A DNA stretch of 64,000 nt, taken from contig NC_068982.1 of NCBI RefSeq assembly GCF_001194135.2, positions 165,175,790 through 165,239,789 on the forward strand, read 5' to 3'. Source of the stretch: Octopus bimaculoides (lineage: Eukaryota). The notes beneath the pieces were generated by a model. It was not told where the DNA came from and did not search any database. It worked only from the letters and a program-made list of their open reading frames with translations. Within the stretch, counting starts at the first letter, position 1. Every line of letters begins with the position of its first letter. Both the position numbers and the translations under genes were made by a program. Shown one piece after another: positions 24,530 through 38,100 of this stretch.

Positions 24530-25655
24530 TATCTCTCACGTGGATTTTGCATCATCATGTAGAGTGTTGTTCTCATCAACCAGATGACCAACAGTGGAAA
24601 CATCGTCAAGTGGAATTGCAGTGGAAACATGATTTTTTGCAATAGATAAGGCTTGAAGAAGTGCAGGGGAAGGATTTTCTAATGTGGCGGGTGTGCTGGT
24701 TGGATCCAGTGAGGGAGGGAGTGTTGGTGATGAAAGGCAGATGTGGCAGCGGGATCTAGAGCAAGGAAAGGATCCGGGTAGAACTGAGATGGAAGAGGGG
24801 AAGGTGCTACGGACCAGTAGATCGTGTAGGTTACGGGCGAGTTTAAAGGAGGGCAAAGGTGGATTGGGGGAAATGGAGTGGATGGTGGGATATAGATGAT
24901 GGGATATAGTGGAAAAGGAGAGGCAGGGGTGCGGTTAGGGGATTGGTGTTGGGAAGGAGAGAGAGCGTTGGTGCGATCGATTACACGAGAGTGGGCAAGG
25001 TCGGTTTGGACAAAGGTGGATGGGTATCCTCGATGCATGAACAGGCGGGCAAGGTAACAGGACTGGGTCTCGAAATCCTGGTCCCAGCTGCACAAGCGTC
25101 GGAGGCGGAGGAACTCGGTGTAGGGAGTGACCCGTTTGTTGCGGGAGGGATGGGAAGAGAAAAAGTTGATGTAGAGGTGGAAATATGTTGGTTTGAAGAA
25201 TGCGGGTTGTGAGAGAGCGGGAGGGGATGTCAATGGGGAGAGAGATATCTAGTAAGTTTACAGAGGTGTTAGAGATGGTAGAGGTAAATTGGAGAGAAGG
25301 GTGAAAGTTATAGAAGAAAGAAATGACGTGACAGAGTTGTTCGTGGGAGAAGGTGGTGGCGCCTATACAGTCGTCTATGTAGCAGCCGTATAGCTCTGGC
25401 GTTGGTCCGGAGAGTTGGGAGAATACTTGGCCCTCAATGTGACCAACAAATATGTTAGCGAAATTGGGCCAATTCTCGCTCCCATTGTGACCCCAGACAT
25501 GTTTGGTAGATCTCCCCGGCGAACGTAAAGCAGTTGAGGTTGAGGACAAGCTCTGCCAGACAGACAGGGGATGGAAATTTTGGATGTGACGTCGGGGCAA
25601 CGGTCGATGAAGTATTGGAGGTCTAAAAGACGTCGTTATGGGGAATCACCGTGTA
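24530..25655 (-). mobile_element. Penelope-like element RT/thumb to start of GIY-YIG (decayed)
   Basis: [49 protein letters not shown]...FLRLRRLCS, RGYP, RNLHDLLVRS, PCSRSRCHIC. Confidence 0.9.
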
Positions 25656-25660
25656 TAGGG

Positions 25661-25715
<55 letters not shown>

Positions 25716-25721
25716 ATATAA

Positions 25722-25752
<31 letters not shown>

Positions 25753-26329
25753 TGTACGTATGTATGTATGCATGTATGTATGTATGTATATATCAAATCG
25801 GCTCAGGTATAATATCCTAAAACCGGAAGCCTAGCCCGAATTGACGTTCACAGATTTTCTTCAGAAGTTACAGAGTTTATAAGAATCAATAAAATTGTTT
25901 TCCACACAATATGCTTATGTTTTACAGTTTTAAGTGTTGAAACAAATTGTTCCGTGCGTTCCAAACGCCCGTAACTATGATACAAAATGTGTGACGTAAA
26001 TGAAAATTACATAAAGATTTCAAAATTTACATATGAAAATATGAAAACAGGTTTTATGAATTATGAAATTTCCGGGGAACTCGCCCAACACACAAACGTA
26101 CTTATCGCTTCACTCCTTTGGCACGTTCTTCATTATTCCGGTTACTTATATAATTATTCCGGTTACTTATATAATTGGAAAATACTAATTTAAACGAGTT
26201 TACTGTATTTATTTGCTTACCTAAAATGTAGTGGAGTTGTTGTATTCGTTTATATACTCCAACTATAGATATCTAACTTCGTGGAAATAAGGGAAAGGAA
26301 ATGTAGTGTTCATGCGAATATTCAACTGA

Positions 26330-27560
26330 AGGAATATATATAAACAACTAAGAACCAGGAATAAACTACTAGACTGTTCAACAGTAAATGATTGATATCC
26401 TTCAATTCTTTCTTTCAATGTTATTTACATATAAATGTAAAATATCTTCAAAGCCCTGTAAAATCCGATAGTGAACTCGAGATTTATGACCTTAAAAGCA
26501 CAATATACCTATTACAGAAAACTATGTGAAGTGAAAAGTACAAGATTAACTGTGCTGATGAATTGCGCAACAACTATTCTAGTGTAAATTTGATCTTGAC
26601 GTAAATTTGCAGGTAGTCAGGGACAATATCTGTTCCCCTTTTTTAACTGTATTTTATATCGATTTAGAGAAAAGCATGTTAACCTGAGAACGAAAATGCA
26701 GTGGGAAACGGGTAGATAAGTGGTATGACTTCACCCAACAATATTAATGACTTAAGCAAAGTGAAATAAATATATACAAAGTAAAGCAGAAAAATGTCGG
26801 ATAGTTCAAACTTTCAGTAACTATCTCTTTAATACAGACCTTGCCAACGATGCAGATTTCACACGGTGCGAATTCTCGGAACGAATTCTCGGAATTATCA
26901 TGTCAAACGTAAATTTTTCTTAGATAATTCTCGCAAAAAGTTCAGAGAATCAAAGGTATAATGGAACATAGCATGATGTCAAATCGGATCGACTAATAAT
27001 TAAATTACTCCTTTTTACCCCTTATATTTTTCTCTATAATCTTAATTTTCACATTTGAACTTCGTTTTAGTCGATTTATTCTATTTAAATTCAGAATATT
27101 ATAAGCTGATCTTGCTCAATGCTTTCTGCTTAGCTTCAATAGTAAATTCGTTTCATTATCCAATCGAAATAATCTTCATTAATTATGGTGCAGATGTTAC
27201 TGCAACTGTCACTGTTTGATTGTCGCAATTGTTACAGCCCCAAAATTACCATAATATAGCTTTTATAAGAGGAAAATCTATCGGGAATATAAATCCTACA
27301 GGATGAGCATATGAAATTTAGGAGAATTCATATTAATTGCTGTTCTTTTGGTTGGAAAAAAGTTATCCACTGACATTACTAGAATCTATTAAATGAATGA
27401 AATTGTAAAGCAACACGAATTGGTGATTAATGGAGAACAAATGGAATATTCTATAACGTAACAGAGTGTGTAGTTTTCATTAATGTAACTCAGAGACAAA
27501 AACGTCCCATTATCATTTGTATTTAATTATGAGAATATAAAGCATTTAGATCACCTTACT
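26330..27560 (+). repeat. Copy 1 of ancient ~1.2 kb direct duplication
   Basis: Ordered anchors shared with 32290-33590: aagaacca, taaaat(a/g)tcttcaaagc, ccaatcg, aaaatta(c/t)cata, tacaggat, taggagaattcata, ctgttcttttgg, cattactagaat, aactcag, agcattt(t)agat. Confidence 0.75.
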
Positions 27561-28043
27561 GAACGATCGTCTTCAGAAGGACCAGCCGCCCAATAGCTTG
27601 CATCGCAATAAAATGCTGTACGTGGGTGTTCATTCTGCGCCTTCCTGTTTCCTGTATAATGACTTTTGCTTTTTTTCCCTGCGCAGGGATATACATTTTT
27701 TTAAAAATTTACATGTAGTACTATGGCTTTCTCTCCTGTACCTGCCTGACTGATTCTATTACTGTTCACCCCGATAAGGCACGATACTATGATGACTCTT
27801 TTTGAATAGTAAATATAAGAGAATTACGCTTAAGAATTCCACTAAAGAGACACTCACACAGGCGCATACGTATATATAACTTTCTCTATTATCTTTTATT
27901 GTCTTAGTCATTGCAGTGCAGCCGTGCTCAGGCACGATCTTGGAGAATTTTAGTCGAACAAATTGACCCTATACTCTGCGCATGTACAGCAGAGTTTCAG
28001 GTCAATTTATGCCAAGTGGCTTCACCCTGTGTGCTTTAGCTTT

Positions 28044-28057
28044 GTTACTATGGCAAC
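28044..28057. promoter_or_regulatory. RFX X-box motif GTTACTATGGCAAC
   Basis: Exact match to the GTTRCYATRGYAAC palindromic consensus in non-repeat DNA; function untested. Confidence 0.4.
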
Positions 28058-29690
28058 AGTCCCGATACTTACTAATCAGACCTCGTATTCCCTAAAAAGT
28101 AACAATATTAGTATGCTTATCTTTTAACAATGGATTCCTTTGCTGTGGTCATCATTGTACAAAAGCTTAAGACGTCGGAATAAATTTTCGGAATCTTGTT
28201 CAAATTCATAAATGTAAAAATAGAAAAGGAAATAGTATATGACCTAATAATAGTTTTAGTATTTGTTCCCGTTCTTATAGGAATTTCCTAACCATTCTAA
28301 ATAAGTATTAACCAAACAACTAATATTACATCTTACATAGAAATAACTTTAAGGTGATATTTCATATACAATGTTAACAGAAAAATACTTGCTGCAAAAA
28401 CTGGCAAATATAACTTCAATATAATGATAATAACATTTGTCCTATGGACTGGATATGACTTTGTAAAACATTTCTTTATTGCCCTAAAGCTTCATTTCAA
28501 GATAACAATAAAATGAAGTTAAAAATCACTTTCAAATCATTTTTACAACATATGTTCATATTTCGAACCGATAATATTTCGTCACCTCACTATCCAAGTA
28601 TATTTGAAATTTAAAAATTGTACTATATATATTTAAAAATCAAGTGATGTATTCCAAATCATACACCCCTCATCAAGAAAACGGAATCATTGTCTCTGGG
28701 AGAAACAGATTTCTATTAGTGCTTTTCCAGTTTGTGACTGGAAAATACAATTTAATGTAATTTTGTATACCATTCCATTGAAATAAATTGCGCAACCTTA
28801 GATAGCACTCCTATAATAAGAAAAACTAAATTTATTCAACATTAAAACCTCAATAACAATAGCCAACTTTGTTACGTATATATGCACTATGACAAATTTT
28901 ACCGAAGGCCTACAGCGATCACGCTCAGAAGATTATATCAGGCATTGTACAGAGAGTGATTCGACAGGATATTTGACGCATTTCATCACGGGTTCTTTAA
29001 CATACAGTCAACTCTAGATGACTAAACATATTTCGTGGTGTTTCAAATTAGTTTGTATATATGTACATTGTCATACGGCTTCTCTACTTCAATTTTTTCT
29101 TTTTATTTAATAATCAGAGACAACAGATCAATGTACTATTAATGAATAAGCTACGAGCAACAGAGACAGGAACAGAACAATATTCAGTGAAAGAGATTAT
29201 GTTATGCTTCCACAGCATGTTTTAATCATTACTAACAGAGTATATAATTACATCTTATATTTGAGTCAGATTCACGGTAATTGAAATCCCATTGTATCAA
29301 AGAATCCTGGTAAACACAAACGTTAGCAGGTAATAAGTGTTTTATTTTTGCATTAATGCAACATCCATTCAATTCCAAGTTCCATTAGCAAACACGAAAC
29401 ATCCATTGCATCTACTCCATACAACCTTCTCGACTATTGATTTTATTTATGTCAAATAAACAGAAAACAACCGAGTTCAGACGGGAACCTCAAAATGACA
29501 TGAATTCAGAGTGTAGAAAACTTATGCACATTTACTATTTACCTAACATACTAAATTCACCAGTCTTTGAATCCTTTTCATAGTTTGCTGTGGCTGCGTG
29601 TACGTATATACACAGCTACAGAAGTACACAACCAGATATTACGTACGTACGTAAACATATATTCAATCACGCAATATTACACGTGAACAG

Positions 29691-29885
29691 GGCGGCGAGC
29701 TGGTAGAAACGTTAGTACGTCGTGTGAAATGCTTAACTGTATTTCGTATGCCTATACGTTCTGAGTTCAAATTCCGCCAAGGTCGACTTTGCCTTTCATC
29801 CTTTCGGGGTCGCTAAATTAAGTACCAGTTGCGTACTGGGGTCGATTTAATCGACTGGCCCTCTCCCCCAAAATTCAGGCCTTCT
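29691..29885 (+). mobile_element. SINE family A, 3' truncated
   Basis: ggcggcgagctggtagaaacgttag...ctgagttcaaattccgccaagg...ctctcccccaaaattcaggcc. Confidence 0.9.
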
Positions 29886-30704
29886 GCATATACACGTACG
29901 TACATACAGACATACATACATAAATGCATACATATACGTTCTTCTATTATTTTCTTCAATTGGGACGGTTACACGTTTGGACTACTGGTATTGCGGTTTT
30001 GATGGGCAATTCGGCACCAGTAAGTAGATTTTTAAAGAGTGAATGTGGAATGTAGAGTGCTGTATGTTTCAGGCTAAGAAGGTGAGAAAGAGTGGCTAAG
30101 AGCTTTATTGAGACTGCCGTTGAGATAATGTATGCACTTTCTCATTAGTCACTGGTTAATTTTATAGTATGCAGCAATTCTCATTGAATAGTCACGTTTG
30201 TGGTAACATTATGTCTCATGAATTTTAAAAATTACATGTAATTGCTGACGCAGACCTTCAGAGGTGCTTCTGTTGCACTCATATGTCTACATATCTTTGC
30301 ACATGACTCTCACTGCTCCGATCTTTCTAAATTTGTCTCATGAAAGATGGCAGCTGTGTTACATTTTGCGATCAATAGGTATGTCGCATTACGTCTGCAT
30401 GTGAAACATGTTTGTATGTTTGTGTAGGTATATTTGCTGAAATTCACATTATGATAGTTATACAGCTGAAATAAACCTTCAAGAGCCGTCGTTTTGAAAA
30501 TTTGCTGTTGATTTGTACCCAAAGGAAATACTTATTTACTATAATATAATGATGGTCCTACCTGCATATGATTATTATTAAAACAAAACAGAATTGTATC
30601 ATACGTGTCAAAGAGTAAGTGATACTACATGTTTTTGTGGTGATAGGCTAAGTGATATAACTAAAGCCGTCTTTGAGAACACTAGCGGAATGGCCTTTTA
30701 TATC

Positions 30705-31635
30705 GTGACCCTACTTTTCGTCCGATGTCACTTTGTCCAACTTCACTCGGTATACGTGTTTTGGTCCTACGTCGTTTTGTCCGATAATCCTTTTGTCCCA
30801 TTTTAAGTAAACTCTTAAGAAAACAAAGTGAACATCGAAATCAAATAATCATGGAAAAATTTATTGATAGGATTCAAGTAAAATACTGTGGAAGAATATA
30901 TCTAAAAAAAAGCCATTTAAAAAAAGTAATAAGATATAACTAATGATTTATTATGATCACTTAAAATTAATGCAAATTATATGCCACACGCTTCAGAAAA
31001 TCAACGACCAATCTTTTGGGGCGTTCAGTTATTCTTCGATACCGTGTACATAAATTTGACGGATCTCCTCGAAGATTTTGGGTCATTTTTACCTTGAACA
31101 AACCCTTCTTCTTCCTTCAGAGATTTTCGAATCTACATCAGCTGGATGAAGATGCTCACTAGAAAAATATATAATTTTCGGCTCATTGTTTTCCATTACC
31201 GTGTGAATTCGCACTGAGCACAGCCTTCTTTTCTCACACCTCCAGTATTCTTTTCCTAGCTTTGTATTGTTTAAATGAAAATTGTAGATGTATTTACTTT
31301 CATCAACTACATGTCTTTTGGTTTTGGTCGACATCATAAACTTTGACATTTCGGGATGGGTAAATAAAAAATGTGTGCACTAAACTTGCAGCATACTTAA
31401 CAGAGAGAAGGAAAAAGAGAAAGTAAAACTGTTAACAGAGAAGAAAAAGAATGATAATTACAATCCTATAACGAGGCTGTGAATATATCATTAGATATAT
31501 TTCACTTCGTTTTCTAAAGAGTTTATTTAAAATTGGACAAAAAGTCACTGGACACCAAAAAAAATATCATCGGACCAAAAGACGTGGAGGAAAAGACATT
31601 TGACGAAGTTACATCGGACGAAATGACATACTATC
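30705..31635 (-). mobile_element. Mutator/Phantom-like non-autonomous DNA transposon with FLYWCH domain and repetitive TIRs
   Basis: ORF 31089-31349: KYIYNFH...EYWRCEKRRLCSVRIHT...HLH (FLYWCH zinc finger), followed in another frame by FLKRVAYNL; ~110 bp imperfect TIRs (about 30714-30810 / 31522-31626) built from tttcgtcc/ttttgtcc/ttttggtcc subrepeats. Confidence 0.82.
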
Positions 31636-32289
31636 ATTTTATAGTACAGGGTAGCTGCATCGGAGATATTTTATGGAAAGAGAGCCCCAAGATCATTCCG
31701 CTAATAACCTCCCCCAATTTTTAAAATCTATAATGGAATATCTGGAAGCTGTATGGTAGATTTTTTTGTCTTCGGGAACGGTTTCTAGATGATTGGGCAT
31801 CGACCAATGTCACATGCACAACACTAAATTTAACTACATTCAAGATTGACTGCATTGTAAATTTGAGTGCAGGAAAATTAATGGTACGCGTTAAAAGTCC
31901 ATCCCGATCCTATCCATTGTGTGGTGTTGCAATTCAATTCCCTTGATAATGACCAAATGTCATCGCTATGTAGACCAAAGCTGGTTGAAGAGAATTTCCG
32001 CCCTATGCAACTTGAAAATGAAAAGACTTGTAAGATCGCGTATGGCAACAGTGCTACCAGTTCTCTTCGCTACACGAAAGACGCATCCCGAGTTAGTTGA
32101 CTTGATTGAAACTGAACCGTTATGGATCAGTAGGGATTTTTCTGGTGTGAATATATGTTTAGTCACAGCATGTCTCTTCCAAACGTGTACTGGAATTCTT
32201 TCCACGGATCCTACCATACAAAAGTAACTGTTAATATTGGTTGCATAAGTGAAATTCTTGTTAGTGCTTATGAGATAGTTTGACTCAAG

Positions 32290-33590
32290 TAAAACTATAT
32301 ATGCATTCAAGAACCAAAGTACACTGGTAGTCTCGATTAACCAGCAAATCAGTGATACGGTACATTACTTTCTATCAAAAGTGTTCATGAATAAAATATA
32401 AAATGTCTTCAAAGCTTTGTATAAACTCCATTTATATGATTTTAAATGCATGATCCTTCTCCTCCCATTAACTAACTGAACTGAAACATAGAAATATATA
32501 TCTATCGTGCTGAAATACAGAAAAAAGTAGTTTACTTTATATTTTATTGAATATGTATTAGCTTGTATTCCTGAATATATTTGTGCCTATTTCATTTCAG
32601 CTGTTTTGTACGGAATTATTTCAGGCGGGGAGGTTTGAAATCATTGTCGAAATGGGAAACTGCATGTCACATATAACATTGTCAAGAATCTTTAATATGT
32701 AAGTGCAGTGAAATATATACTAAGTAGAATCAGGCTATTGCATAGAAATCAGTGGCAATAATTTTCTATATTGATTTCTTACGCTGAGAATGGTCATAAG
32801 ATTATTTAAAAAATCGGTTCTTTCTCCTATAACGTATTTCAAAAAAATCAGGAAAAATAAATTTGACCATATCTCTATTTGGAATCAAAGCTAACTACAA
32901 GACATTTAAAAGCAATAATTAGATAATATTTTCGTTTTCACTAGCTAGCCCTCATTTTCCGTTTTATTTTACTCCACTATTATTCATCAACGCCAGTGAG
33001 TGAAATTTATATGAAAGAAGTGACGGTGTTTCAGTTTTTGAAGGAATAAATAAGGGGATTTATCATAGAATATATAATAATAAATGACAGTTTTCTTTTG
33101 AAATTTACACCTACACTTTAATTTTTTTTTATATTCAGCGTAGTAAACGTTAATCCGGAATACTCCTTTCTTCAGCGAATTTATTTAGTTACCCAATCGT
33201 CATATACTTCGTTAATGATAGCTAAGTTGTTACTGACACGATCAGTTTTGATGTCGTAATTGCTCCTGCTGAAAATTATCATAAATGTAGCTTTATAAAG
33301 AATGGAGAAGCTAACGTGAAAATAATCGTACAGGATATGCATATGGATTTTTAGGAGAATTCATAATGATCACTGTTCTTTTGGATAAAAGACAAACTAA
33401 AAATATTCACACACATTACTAGAATTTATAGAACGGCTAGAATTGCAAAGAAATACTGACGAAGATTTTATGGGGAAAGAGATGAATATTTTAAAATAAT
33501 TTATCCTATCAATATAACTCAGGTAGAAAACTGCATCCCATTGCCTTTTCTAATTATTTCAGAGCATTTTAGATAATTTACTTGAAATAA
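32290..33590 (+). repeat. Copy 2 of ancient ~1.2 kb direct duplication
   Basis: See copy 1. Confidence 0.75.
32601..32698 (+). CDS. Candidate exon; ATG at 32652 gives MGNCMSHITLSRIFN (possible N-myristoylation start)
   Basis: Acceptor tatttcatttcag| and donor AT|gtaagt; frame open across the exon; gaaATGG context. No downstream exon identified. Confidence 0.3.
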
Positions 33591-35088
33591 TTGATTATTA
33601 TTCTGAAAAATGACTGATTAATATCTCTGTCACTTCTTGTTCCCTAATCATTCAATTGGCTATCAAGATTCCATAAAATTGTTTATTATGTTTTGACTAA
33701 AGAAACGTGACCGTTAGGGAAAAATAAATTAGAAGTATTTGGTGTTGGGATTTAAAACTATACTTGTAAATCTTTTCTCTTATTTCGATAGCATTAGTTA
33801 GATCAGTAAAGTTATAATTAATTTAAGACGTAAGACAGTGATATAAAAATAATCTCACAGGCTATTCATACATATTGAAACAGAAATTATCTTTCTCATG
33901 AGAAAGTTATATTAGTCAATACATTACGAAAGTTACCTTGAGTAATTCATAAAATCGAAAGTTATATTCAGACTAAAAATAAGCTTTCTTTTGCACCCAC
34001 AAAATTATTATTAAGTAAGATAACTGATTTTTCCTATGGAATTTACTCATTTTACGATGTGAGAATTTGATGATGCATAAGATTACGAGTACCGCTTCAA
34101 AATATCCTTTACTGAAACTGAATGAATACTCTTTTTTATTTAGATAGATATTTACAAAGGAAAGGTATAGTTTCAGGACACTGATGAATGTCATTAACCA
34201 ACAGTAAAATATCTACCTACTGATACTAAGCTGTTCTTTTTTTTTTTTGTAATATATTTCTTAAACCAGAAATATTTACATCTAGATTCCAAGATTAATG
34301 CACATCTCAAGACAATATTACATATTTCAAGAAGCTTCTTTCTTAAAATTCTGTTTATATACACTAGTGCACACGTTCCATTCCAAATAGCATATACACA
34401 TTCGCATACAAAAGCATTTTATAAGAATATCTTTTACTAAAGTGCTTTATGTGAGCGTGTATGAGTGTATGTGCATCCGTGTTCGTATATGTGAGTATGT
34501 GTAAGTGTAAATTTGCGTCTGTGTAATCGATTGATGCTCAGAGAATGGTTCATCTGTTCATACGCTTATGTTCGAAAAGACGTGACATGTGGGGAATAAA
34601 ATAAACATAAAGTGTTGATCATTCGATGAGCTTAGCCATTCAGAAATGCGACGAACAATTTTGTGTATGAAGCAAAGAGAACGTTAATATAATCAGTCAC
34701 CTTATTCAGACAATAAATCAGAAATCAGAACCATATTGAACTATCGACAAGCTACCAAATTCCTATTGAAGAACTTTGAAAATGAACGTTATAGCATGCC
34801 AGATGAAACCTCAGTCTAACAATGTTTATCACGAAATACTGAAATATAAGCTGCTAGTTTTTCATGATTTCCATCGAGAAACATAATTTGCTTCGGTAAA
34901 ATGCCAATTTTCAAATGCCAGTAAGCAATAAAAATGTTATATCTGTCACACACATATATGAATATGTATTCATATTATATCTGTGTATGCCTCTGTATGT
35001 ATACAAATGCATACATACATATATACATACATACATGCATACATGCATACATACAAACATACATACATACATACATACGTACGTACGG

Positions 35089-35121
<33 letters not shown>

Positions 35122-38100
35122 CATACATACATAGAGACATCAATACATGTGTGCAGCAGTTTAGAGATATATGAGTGAACAATCGATAAATATCACTGAT
35201 ATTCTTTTTCAGGAAGTTCGGATTTATTCTGAGAATATTACAGATTGAGGGAAATAATTTCAACCATCGGGCGAAGTGGTTATAAAATTATCAGATGGAA
35301 TAATTGCCTCTAAAAGCACACGATGTCATCAGTTATCCCCTTAAACCTTGATTGAAAAACCTCAGGATAGAAAAGTACGAAGGAAGTACTGATACTTTTA
35401 CTGGTTGTATCTTATCGGTCTTTACAACTAGGCTCTCATAAAGACATAAATACACCAAACCGATTGATAATAGCAGGAATAAATGCGACACTCAAATAAA
35501 TATTTTCATGTGATTAAACATATCGACGAAGTGTATGATTGAATATAATTTTGAAAATATAACCCTAAACCAGCATTTGGGAAGGAAGGATTCCAGAATA
35601 CGCTGTGAGACTTAGAATTTAAAACAAAATGTGGTGTCAGGGAGATGGCGACATGGGATGAAATTGGTCGTGGTCTAGCTGAATTATACGAAAGCATTTG
35701 ATAATGTTGTTCACTATGTTTGAAGCCCTTGAGAATTCGAACATTCCAAAGACCGTAATTGTAGTTATACTTTAGTCCTGATTCACCAGCGTGATATAAA
35801 GTACATGAAATGATTCATATATTTATTGCTATGATACAGTGTCCCACAGGGGTATTTCAAAAACACGTCATCTCTGGGTTGCTGTTTATACTTTCAGTAA
35901 AATTGTCCTTTTATTTTAAAAGAAATCTAAATGGTACGTAGTTGACTTACAACAACCTAACCTAGTGATTCTTTATGGAAGAATTTTTGTCAGTTATTTA
36001 GTTTTCTTTGTGCTATTTTCTCTACAATTTATTTGATTAGCTAATGATTACTCAGGAGGATCATACACTCTAGCATCACTGAACTACATCTCGGTCCAGT
36101 ATTAGGGTCAATATTCTCGTGTATACCATTCTACTAAAAATTGTGACACCGTGCCTCTGGAAAAACTCATTATTATATTTAAAAATCAATAATGCATTTC
36201 AGAACCCTGCTAATAGAATATTTGTGAGAAGAAAATTACTTTAGTTATTGAAAATGAGGCACATATTATCATGCAAAAGTAAACAATCATATGAAGAAAT
36301 GTCTAAAACCTGTTATTTCTAAATGGAAAAAATATTTATTTAAATTCAATAATATCCTATAATTACCCTACTTACTTGCGTAAGATGAAAAATGCAAATT
36401 CCTTAGCAATTAACTTGTCTGACTCTCTAAAATATAATAATGTGCAGTAAATGTAATAAAGATAATTATATTCTTTCAAATTTAAATACACCAGTGGAAA
36501 ATGTTATTACTTCAATATGCTGAATTTTTAATTTGTAAGTTTGTTTTCCTTTTTGCTGTCTTTTTTTTCTATTTGAATATGTGTTGTGCGTGTGCGAATG
36601 TTAGGTAATCTGAAAGAACCGTGGGTGAGCATGTATACGTTTGTGTATCCTGGTAATCAGTCTTGTTGTTTGTAGATGTTTTACCAGCTTTTTTTTTAAT
36701 CTGCCAATTAGTGTTGAATATATTTTCGTTGTCTGTAGAAACAATTATCGATTTTCGTCTTACGACTAGAAAATAGTTCTTGTGTAATTGGGTCAATCTT
36801 TTATTTATCTAAAAAAAAGTCGTTAAATAAATTTCTTTGCATTTTTCATGCAGTTACATTTCACCTCGCACTTAATTAATCTCTTTTTATTTAATAATAA
36901 ATACAAAGCATCCTCATAATGAGATAATATATCAGATATGTTTAATATAATGAAATCAAGAGCACAAAATATACATTTTATTCTATTGGTATTTTTATGT
37001 GAGTATTAAAGTGCATATGCGTGAGAGTTATGCTGTGATATTTGCTCTGCTTTTGAAGTATATCAATATTAGACAAATTTGATATGTATTTGTATTTAAG
37101 CATTTTTAGCGTCAATACATAAACAGATACATAGCATTGGCAATAATAGCCTCAGGATAAATTTTCTTTCCAGTGAACATTTAACACAGGTGATGGTATT
37201 TTAAATATTTGTTTCTTTACCTAAATTAACCTTCATTCACAAGCGTTTTACGGTTTAACACGCCAGAGAACTTGTATATCCTTGTCATAACACACGAAAG
37301 CCAAGCAAAGATACTCAAATTACCTTCTCTGAATAATGGCGGTTAATTTTAAGTGTAATCATGATCACTCAAATATTAAGTACATATTTATGAATAAGTT
37401 TAGAAAGAATTATTTCAGTTATATCATGACTTATTCTCAATATTTTCAACATCTAAGTTCTTTTCCCGAAAACTGCACTTTTATGGTGTATGTAGTTATG
37501 TAAATATAAATTCCTGATCAACCAGGCTTCAAGTAAATGAATATTTTTTTTTTCAAATCTATCTGCTCATATATTAAACTGTTAGCTACATATTATCTTT
37601 AACACTTATAACAGGTACAATATGGATCAACTCTGACATATTGAACTTATATACTTTCGTAATCCCATAAATCATGTTTGATTTCAATTTAAATTCGATC
37701 AATTTAATATCTTACGGCCTATTTGTCTTTAAATTTCTTTTACTGAGCCAAAACTAAGTTTAAACCTTTTCAAATAAATCAATTGCGATATATCAGTTTC
37801 CTGGTGGCAAATTCGGTAAACGCTGATATTGGCTAACAAAAATAATAGCTGCAAGATTTACTGAATTATTTAACATACTGTTAAAGTTTCCAATATTCAG
37901 GATGTCTGCTGTATTGATGCAGATCTCTTTTCTGAGATTCAGCAACACAAGAAAAATGTATTAATTCCCGGAAATATGATGGCATGTGGGAAAACCATTT
38001 ACATAACGAAAAAATTCGAAATGAGGCTTTACATTTTACTCAGAGAGAGCATAACTCACAAATCACTTAAAATTTTTCCAGTATATTAATATATGACCGA

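Noticed and set aside
24525-24575. Hammerhead-like trace at the 3' end of the 24.5-25.6 kb PLE (minus strand ATGATGA...GAGAG)
   Set aside because: Core positions are mutated and stem II does not pair; at best a dead relic.
27535-27585. Minus-strand CTGAAGA-gatcg/tgatc-TAAA
   Set aside because: GAAA is replaced by TAAA and there is no stem I. Similar partial motifs at about 34800, 44297 and 48700 also lack pairing stems.
30347-30378. ATG...AG|gtatgt mini-exon (MAAVLHFAIN)
   Set aside because: Too short to support; splicing it to the 32601 exon leads to a stop codon within 25 codons.
31650-32310. GC-richer block with 102-aa and 114-aa ORFs on opposite strands
   Set aside because: No recognisable motif or splice support, so it is left unassigned.
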